Virus record (IMG/VR): IMGVR_UViG_3300023181_000026
Span: 1 to 64,000 of that record
Length of the DNA: 64,000 nucleotides
Reading direction: 5' to 3' (one strand)
From: a virus
Made by a program: the position numbers and the translations under genes. Below, one piece after another: positions 26,998 to 34,200 of the stretch; the stretch's first letter is position 1, and every line of letters starts with the position of its first letter. The notes below the pieces were generated by a model. That model saw nothing but the letters and a program-made list of their open reading frames with translations. It ran no database searches and was not told the origin of the DNA.

Positions 26998-27340
26998 TAT
27001 TTTCTAATTTCGTTTCTAAATATTGAAATGCTTTCTGGAACATAATAAATTCTGCTTCTTCTCTTGTTTCTAAGCCATGTTTAGACCAAATATGAGTCTT
27101 AGTCTCTTCTAAAGATTTATCATCTATTACAGGTACATATTTGAAGTGACGATCAGTTCTTACAGCGCATATTAATTGTTGCGCGTCGAAGAAATCATAT
27201 AAATATATTGAGTATAGTCTGAAATTAGAAGCGGGTGTATAAATGTCAACCTCTCCTACCTCAATTACATATTCTAAAAATAATTTCTTTGCTTTATTCG
27301 AACCTTCTAGTAAAGCGTATAAACTGTAGTTGTTTTTCAT
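26990..27340 (-). CDS. hypothetical phage protein (116 aa)
   Basis: ORF track; ETREEAE....KAF..LE pattern. Confidence 0.7.
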   Translation of the reverse strand: MKNNYSLYALLEGSNKAKKLFLEYVIEVGEVDIYTPASNFRLYSIYLYDFFDAQQLICAVRTDRHFKYVPVIDDKSLEETKTHIWSKHGLETREEAEFIMFQKAFQYLETKLENND

Positions 27341-27669
27341 TATTTCAGTAATCTTTTTAGTTCGTGATATTTCCTAGCATCTTCTTTTATCTTATCCCAT
27401 TTCATAGTTTTCTCTTTTATACGATTATCTGTATATGAAGTTATTGCCGTTTTCACTTTTTCTCTGTTCTCTTTATTCCTTTTGTCCGCGCCTAAAACAT
27501 CTAAAATATGTAAAACACAGCCATCTATGGTTTGAATATTTAAACGTTTTGGTAAAATCTTCGCTTCTCCTGAATCAATAAGTTGTTGCATGTTTTTTAT
27601 TTGATTGCACGCACATTGCGTTATATTTCTGTTACATCCTGCACAAGTTCCTATAATTATATCTTTCAT
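27340..27669 (-). CDS. hypothetical protein with N-terminal Cx2Cx6CxC motif (109 aa)
   Basis: CAGCNRNITQCAC. Confidence 0.65.
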   Translation of the reverse strand: MKDIIIGTCAGCNRNITQCACNQIKNMQQLIDSGEAKILPKRLNIQTIDGCVLHILDVLGADKRNKENREKVKTAITSYTDNRIKEKTMKWDKIKEDARKYHELKRLLK

Positions 27670-27672
27670 ATT

Positions 27673-27888
27673 TTATTCTTCAAAAAATTCTAAGTCTGAC
27701 CAAATTCCCATATTCCTTTTAAGTAAATATGAGCATACTGAGCTCGTATCAAAGACAGAGTAATTAATTCCTCCTATAGCCTTATAAAAATAACCTTTAA
27801 ACTTTCTCCCATTTATAGACATATTTCTAGGATTTTCATTTATTAAAGATTCGGGTATCTCATTTATATCTTTTGTGTATATTTTCAT
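27673..27888 (-). CDS. hypothetical phage protein (71 aa)
   Basis: ORF track; array. Confidence 0.6.
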   Translation of the reverse strand: MKIYTKDINEIPESLINENPRNMSINGRKFKGYFYKAIGGINYSVFDTSSVCSYLLKRNMGIWSDLEFFEE

Positions 27889-28118
27889 TTCTTATTTAAA
27901 CTATTAAAATGATTTATAATATCTTCGGCTGTAATTTCAAAACCTTCAACACAATTCCTATTGTAAATATCTATTTCTAACTTTAGTATTTGTAACCTAT
28001 CTTTTAAGTCTTGATTAAGAATAATTTTTTCTTTTGGCAGGACATTAAATCTATTCCTAAACTGACAAATACAAGTGTTTATATAATTATCACACACTTC
28101 ACATTTTGCTGCTATCAT
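27885..28118 (-). CDS. hypothetical protein with N-terminal Cx2Cx6CxC motif (77 aa)
   Basis: CEVCDNYINTCIC. Confidence 0.65.
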   Translation of the reverse strand: MIAAKCEVCDNYINTCICQFRNRFNVLPKEKIILNQDLKDRLQILKLEIDIYNRNCVEGFEITAEDIINHFNSLNKK

Positions 28119-28393
28119 TTTTTATAAACTACTATTTTAGGAAATACTCCCTTGGTTGTTATTTCTAATCTATCCTCTGTTTGGTATATATCACACCTTG
28201 ATTTTACAGTTCTGTTTTTGTAGGCTTCTTTTATTGCGGCACATAAATTATCAAACTTGTCATCACTATTCTCAATTACACTCAACAACTGATGGATAAT
28301 TAAGCTGTCTTTAAAAGTTGCCCAGCTATATGCCTTAAAATAATCTCTTTCTATTTCTTTACTCGGTTGTCCTATTTCGTAAGTTATTTTCAT
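28115..28393 (-). CDS. hypothetical phage protein (92 aa)
   Basis: ORF track; ATGA overlap. Confidence 0.65.
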   Translation of the reverse strand: MKITYEIGQPSKEIERDYFKAYSWATFKDSLIIHQLLSVIENSDDKFDNLCAAIKEAYKNRTVKSRCDIYQTEDRLEITTKGVFPKIVVYKK

Positions 28394-28590
28394 ACTAATT
28401 TATTCTCTCTTAAAAATTTATAATGATTTATAGCTATAATAAGTTCTTTCTCACATACTATAACCCCATCTGTTCCTTTTATATTTTCTGTAATTATCAG
28501 TTGTTTTATCCACTGTTGTAATTCTTCTATTGTTACTCCTTCATTTAGATATTCAAGACAGAGTTTTATTATTTGTTTGCGGCTTTTCAT
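28390..28590 (-). CDS. hypothetical phage protein (66 aa)
   Basis: ORF track; ATGA overlap. Confidence 0.6.
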   Translation of the reverse strand: MKSRKQIIKLCLEYLNEGVTIEELQQWIKQLIITENIKGTDGVIVCEKELIIAINHYKFLRENKLV

Positions 28591-28895
28591 AACAGCCCTT
28601 TCTTAAACTCAAATTCTAAAATCTGCATGAATCTGTAATGATCTCTAAACTCATACACAGCGTCATTAATCTCTTTTCTGCAAGCATCGTATTTTAATAG
28701 CTCTTCTATGCTAAAGCTGGGGGCTTTCTCTTTTAAATTATCTTTGAAATATTTATAACGGTTAATAAAAGAATTATAGTCTCTGCCATCATTACCTATG
28801 TCATAATAATTAACTTCTCCATTTTTAGTTTCTATATCTAGTAGATCCTCTATAGAACTGCACTGACTTAGTATGTTGTTTCCTATTTTATTCAT
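28587..28895 (-). CDS. hypothetical phage protein (102 aa)
   Basis: ORF track; array. Confidence 0.65.
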   Translation of the reverse strand: MNKIGNNILSQCSSIEDLLDIETKNGEVNYYDIGNDGRDYNSFINRYKYFKDNLKEKAPSFSIEELLKYDACRKEINDAVYEFRDHYRFMQILEFEFKKGLL

Positions 28896-29127
28896 AAGTA
28901 TTACCTCCTGTTTTAATTAATAATCCATCTCTTTGCGCCATATTACAAATAAGTTTTCCGAATTTAGAAGTTGGAGTAACCTTTGCTTCATCATCTACAT
29001 ATAATCCCATAGCCGAGAAAAAAAGAATGTACAGAATACAAAAGCTCTTCTTCGGTCATGTGCTGTATATCTATAAACCTTTTAACTCCTCTTAGTATAA
29101 GTGCTAATATGATTACTAAAGTGATTT

Positions 29128-29352
29128 CTACCATAATTTAAAAATTTTACGAAATATAAATATTCCTAATAAAAAGAAAATTATTGCTGATAACATCACA
29201 ATCAGAACTACTTCCATAGTATGCTTCATGATATCTTTCTTATACAAATATTCTGAAATCCACTCGCAAAATATCGCCGATAAAACAATTCCCCATGAAA
29301 TGTATAATCCTAATAAGGAAATAACCATTGAAGTTTTTAGATTTAATTCCAT
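29128..29352 (-). CDS. two-TM membrane protein (74 aa)
   Basis: two hydrophobic segments. Confidence 0.65.
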   Translation of the reverse strand: MELNLKTSMVISLLGLYISWGIVLSAIFCEWISEYLYKKDIMKHTMEVVLIVMLSAIIFFLLGIFIFRKIFKLW

Positions 29353-29353
29353 T

Positions 29354-29662
29354 TTATAGTTTGTTTATAATTTTAATCCCGTCTAAATTTTTTATATATT
29401 TTACAGGGCTTGCTTTAAATAAATAAGTTAAAAATTTTAAAGCAGATGTAAATAATATATTATATCCTAACTCTTTTGACAGATAGAGTATTACATTTTC
29501 TGGTTTAGAGTAATTGTAAACTTTTATATTTTTTATGTGAGTATTATTTCCCGCAAATTCGGCGAAAGTGTCTACTGTTGAGTCTACAAAAAATAAAATA
29601 CCTTTACCATCTATGTATAAAGTACCATCTTCCTCTTTTTTAATAAAAATTTGTTTATTCAT
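29354..29662 (-). CDS. hypothetical phage protein (102 aa)
   Basis: ORF track; array. Confidence 0.65.
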   Translation of the reverse strand: MNKQIFIKKEEDGTLYIDGKGILFFVDSTVDTFAEFAGNNTHIKNIKVYNYSKPENVILYLSKELGYNILFTSALKFLTYLFKASPVKYIKNLDGIKIINKL

Positions 29663-29917
29663 TTACTGTTTTTGTTTTAATATTTCTGTTAAGGCATTTA
29701 ATTCGGCGATTTCGTAAGACAGGTATTTAGTAGATTCGTCCTTTTGTGTAGGTTTCCAAACTACTCCTTCCTTTGAAGTTACATAAACTCTATACCATTT
29801 TAATTCTTTTTCATAAACAGGAAATATGCATATGTGTAAATCATGTTTATCTCTATAATATTTTACCAAGTTTTCTTTCTTTGGCGGAAATAGTCTATTT
29901 TTTATATATTCTAGCAT
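29663..29917 (-). CDS. hypothetical phage protein (84 aa)
   Basis: ORF track; array. Confidence 0.65.
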   Translation of the reverse strand: MLEYIKNRLFPPKKENLVKYYRDKHDLHICIFPVYEKELKWYRVYVTSKEGVVWKPTQKDESTKYLSYEIAELNALTEILKQKQ

Positions 29918-30204
29918 GCCTTCTCTATTAAATATCCTGTTAATACTTTTTCTGGTTGTGTGAAATGGCTTATAGATATATCATTTCCATCTTCATAATA
30001 AACTGCTTCTAAATTAGGTGTTCTGTATTTTGGTTCTATAGATACTTTAATTCCTAAGCTAAGTAGAGTATTAGTATATCTTTTATAATCTATTTCTGCG
30101 CCGACATTAGAAGAACATCCTGCGACAAGAAAAACAGATTTTCCTAATTCCAAAGTAAGCTTTATAGCTTTACATTGTTCTAATGTTTTATTTAGTTGCC
30201 TCAT
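29911..30204 (-). CDS. hypothetical phage protein (97 aa)
   Basis: ORF track; array. Confidence 0.65.
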   Translation of the reverse strand: MRQLNKTLEQCKAIKLTLELGKSVFLVAGCSSNVGAEIDYKRYTNTLLSLGIKVSIEPKYRTPNLEAVYYEDGNDISISHFTQPEKVLTGYLIEKAC

Positions 30205-30712
30205 TTTTAATTATTGGTATTAAAGTTTCTTTTATAAAATTTTCAGGAAGACACTTATTTCTCTTTTGTTGATTGCAGTTGTTACATAAAGTCATTAGAT
30301 TGTAATAAGTATTATCTTTACTTCTAGAATATGGATTTATGTGATCTACTGTAAGATTTTCTTCCGATTGACAAAGAACACATTTATTACCATCTCTTTC
30401 TTTAATTATTTGACGTTTTTGTTTGTTATTTAGTTTACCAGTTCTCTTTGAAGAATTTGTTTCCATAGAAGGTCTTACTTCATTGTACCATACATAATAA
30501 TTTCTATCTTGGTGGAGATATTTGAATATTTCCTCATACTCTTTAAAATAATTTTCCAACATTTTAAATACATAAACGTATTGCTCTTCTGTGGTAGACT
30601 CTTTTATGAGATAATAATTTAATTTCTCACCACACTTAAGCATACAGTCTTGTAAATAATCTGGTCTTCTTATTTCTCTATATTTATTTAGAATATATTC
30701 TTTTACTTTCAT
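30188..30712 (-). CDS. HNH endonuclease (McrA/HNH_5-type, Zn-binding)
   Basis: KRQIIKERDGNKCVLC...LTVDHINPYSRSKDNTYYNLMTLCNNCNQQK. Confidence 0.88.
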   Translation of the reverse strand: MKVKEYILNKYREIRRPDYLQDCMLKCGEKLNYYLIKESTTEEQYVYVFKMLENYFKEYEEIFKYLHQDRNYYVWYNEVRPSMETNSSKRTGKLNNKQKRQIIKERDGNKCVLCQSEENLTVDHINPYSRSKDNTYYNLMTLCNNCNQQKRNKCLPENFIKETLIPIIKNEATK

Positions 30713-30738
30713 TTGGTCTAGAATAAAAAACTTAAAAA

Positions 30739-30767
30739 CAAATATACAACTTCACTTCTTAAAACAA
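30739..30767 (-). promoter_or_regulatory. Bacteroidota sigma70-type promoter for the - strand small-ORF block
   Basis: TTG, 18-nt spacer, TATATTTG on - strand. Confidence 0.7.
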
Positions 30768-30802
30768 TGTTAATAGACTGTTAAAATAGAATTTTATACA
30801 AT

Positions 30803-30822
30803 AAAAAAGAGCCCGAAGGCTC
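30803..30822 (-). terminator. intrinsic terminator with UUCG tetraloop
   Basis: - strand GAGCC-TTCG-GGCTC-TTTTTT. Confidence 0.9.
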
Positions 30823-30827
30823 CTAGA

Positions 30828-31175
30828 TTAATCTGCTAATGTGACGGTTGGTTTATCTATCTTAGCTTCATTTAGTTTATCCTGATGTAGTGCTACACCA
30901 TTATGGACATTATCTTCATGTACTTTATTTAAAGCTAATGTAACACTCAGAGCTAGTAATGCATGGCTAGAAAGTACTGGCTTTGCTTTATTCTCAGGTG
31001 AGAACGTTGCTTCGAGAGTTTCTTTCTGTTCAAATCCTACAGTAGATTCTTTTTGTCCTATATACTGGACTAGAGTGCACAACTTTTCATAGAGATCACT
31101 GTCTATTGTTATAGCAGTTCCTTTTTGGTATCCGTATTCTGCATAATTTACTGTGTCGTCTTTAACTACTTTCAT
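30828..31175 (-). CDS. hypothetical protein (115 aa), own promoter and terminator
   Basis: ORF track; monocistronic unit. Confidence 0.75.
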   Translation of the reverse strand: MKVVKDDTVNYAEYGYQKGTAITIDSDLYEKLCTLVQYIGQKESTVGFEQKETLEATFSPENKAKPVLSSHALLALSVTLALNKVHEDNVHNGVALHQDKLNEAKIDKPTVTLAD

Positions 31176-31202
31176 TTTTTATTTATTTTGATTTATTTAA
31201 GG

Positions 31203-31210
31203 CAAATATA
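31203..31210 (-). promoter_or_regulatory. -7 promoter element TATATTTG
   Basis: consensus TAnnTTTG 28 nt upstream of ATG. Confidence 0.6.
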
Positions 31211-31230
31211 GTTATAATAATTTTAAATTC

Positions 31231-34200
31231 CTAATTTTCTGGTTCAAAATATTCAAGAAATTCGTTAGTATTTTTTTCACTAGATAAATAATAAAGAGAC
31301 TCTGCATTAAATCCCCTATATGTATCTCTTGTTCCTCTTATATCCTGCATATTATAAATTTGCTTTAGTACAGTATTTTTCATCACTAATGAAGTCAATT
31401 TATTCGTCCCTTCGTATTTACCAGATTGAACTTCTTCAAAGAATCCCCCTTTATATAACTCTTTAAGCATCCCTATAGCAATTACAGGCTTATCAATCAC
31501 ATCCATAACTTGCCCTACAACTCCTGTGGCTGTTGATGCCTTAGTTTCAGAGGTTGTCCTCAATAATATGTAAGAAGCTAACGTATATAAATATGCGTCA
31601 TCCTCATCATCCCCCGCTAGTGTTAATGTAGTCACGGCTAACAGTGCAAGAAATAATCCAAACTCTGCCATAACTCTCTTCATATTTGTCTTACCCACAT
31701 CATCTAAAGATCCCCATTCAGTTTTTACTGCTGATATGAGGTTTGTAACTCCTCTATCATCAATCATTTTCTTAATTATATTATTTAGATATCTGAATCC
31801 CGTAATATAAGACCCCTCTACGTTTTCATTGCTTTGTAGGAGATTTTTTTTGCCTTGAAGTCTAGAATTTACTGCTAAAAATAAAAATGAACGCATTCCA
31901 GTTACGAACCTTAAAAGATAATCTCTACTTGCTAAAGACTTCTCTTCTGTCGTAGTTTGCCCATCTATAATAGCAGATGTTTGAGCTGCCTTTTGTAAAG
32001 TGTTTTGATATATTCTGTCTAGTTCTTCTTGTCCGTATTGGTCTACGATTGATCGTCTAAATTTTATAGGCTCTGTCCCTTCATTCTCTAAGATATTCCA
32101 AAGAGAATTATCTCTAAATTCATTCCACTTATTTTTTATTTCAGTTTTTGTAAGCCCTGAGTTCTCTGGTCTTAGTTTATATTGATTATAAGTCATAAAC
32201 CCTACACCCTCAACTGCTCTGATATCATCAAAAGTAGCTATGAATACTTTAGATTTAATAATCTGATCCGTAATTAAAAATCCCTCATAACCTAAATTGT
32301 TAAAAGCAACTGCAACCCTGCCTAGTCCTGAGTTTTGAAGTCTATTCCTGAAATCTATTACTCCTCCCGCTTCCAAAACTTTATATATTTTAGAGCTCCT
32401 GTTTATTTTTCCCGTTTCTTTTAGTAGGTTAGGTGCTTCTTTAAGGTCAAATTCCTTCTCAGCATATAAGTTAGAATCTGCCTGAATGAACTGTCCTAAT
32501 CGCGCCTCAATAAAGTTTCTATTTACTGAACCTGTTAAAAAGTTGGTTAGAGTTACAGGAACTGAGAATGCTAAGCTTGAATATTGTACAAAACGGTGAA
32601 TTACTAAGGCAAGCCTACTTACGTCAACTTTATATCTATTTAACAGGTTTATTTCTAATTTCTTAGATTGAGTTTTTCCATAGATATTAAAGTCTATAAA
32701 AGAATCTGCCATTTGTAAAGCATTTGAAGCATCTCCTGTTTTACCATTAGTGAATTTTTGTTCTTCTACCTGTTGTCTTAAAGCCATCACAGAGGCTAAA
32801 CTATTCTTTTTTTCTCTGTAAAGATTTGATTCATAGAGAAGTTCGGCGAAAGTCATTCCTAAACTTAAACTTACATCTCCTCTTTCTTCAAGGTCATAAA
32901 TATATTTCATTGGAATTATATTCTGAGAATCATTTTCATCTCTAACCCCATAATCTAAATCATCTACCCTGTTTAAAAATGTATCCTTATAGCTTCTTTT
33001 TATTGTTTCACCGATTCCAACTCTATAAGCATCTGATAACTTTTCAACTTTAGATTTAGATAATTGCGGTAATTTGTTTATATCTGTAATTATTCCGTAG
33101 TTAGCTGATACTTTCCTATTTGCTTCATGCATTAAAGTAAGCAACTGAAAATCTTCTAAATTTTGAGTTGGGTTACCTTGACCGTCGAAATTAAATCGGT
33201 TATAATAATTTTCATTTCTGTACTTACTCTGTTTTGGTTGATACTGACCACCTTCCCAATTTGCATCAAAATTTTCATTTCGTTCATTTTCTGTAGTATT
33301 TTCATTCCAAGTATAATTAGGAGTAATTTCTACATACTGAGTTACGGGATATTCTTCCTGTAAAGCTTGTCTATCGTTAACTAATCTACTAGGATTTATA
33401 TCTCCGTTATTCAAAGCTTTTACAAATTCGGAATAACCTTTTGGCGCAAATCTTTTATAATAAGAATACAATTTTGTTCTTCCATAAGCTATTTCAAGTT
33501 TTGCAGTATTTTTAAATTCGGGAGAGTTTAATCTGTCTACTACTTCATCATAAAATTCATCTTCTGAAAGTTCTTCACTTAAACCAAAATAAGATTGAAA
33601 GAATCTTGCATATTTAGGCTCTATATTATCTGTAGTGCCACTTTGTAAGTCTTCTATCTTGCGAATAAATTTAGTTACATTTACTTGGTCGTCAGAAGAT
33701 ATATTCTTATAAAGAAAGTCGGCTTCTTTTATAGTACCTATCTCAGACTGTTTAATACCTGAATCTAATAAATCATCAAAATAAGATTGATTAACTGTAT
33801 TCTCAGTCTCTACTTGTGCTTCCTGTACTTCTTCAACTCCGTTACGCCTTAATATCTGATTGGCTTGTTGAAAACCTTTCTGTATCTCTGTGTCTAATTC
33901 TTGTACTCTTTGTTTTGCGGCAAGGCTCATTACAGGTACATCTGTCTCTGCTGGATTTCCTAATTTCTGATATTTCCTTAAAATGTCTGAACGCTCATTT
34001 AAAGCATTTTCTAACTGAAAAGCTATTTCATCAACTACATACGAATCCTCTTCTGAAACTTCTGCGTCTCTTAACCTTCTTATAATTTTAGGCTCTTTTT
34101 TAGCGTCTGTATCTTCCGACTTATTACCTAAAGCGTCATAAAACTCCTTAGAAAACCTTATTCCACCATTAGTCTGAACCCATTTTAAAGCCTCCTTATT

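Noticed and set aside
31590-31625. GDDEDD in the 1927-aa protein as an RNAP or RT catalytic motif
   Set aside because: It directly follows a TM helix, lacks the DxDxD/NADFDGD context, and looks like an acidic linker.
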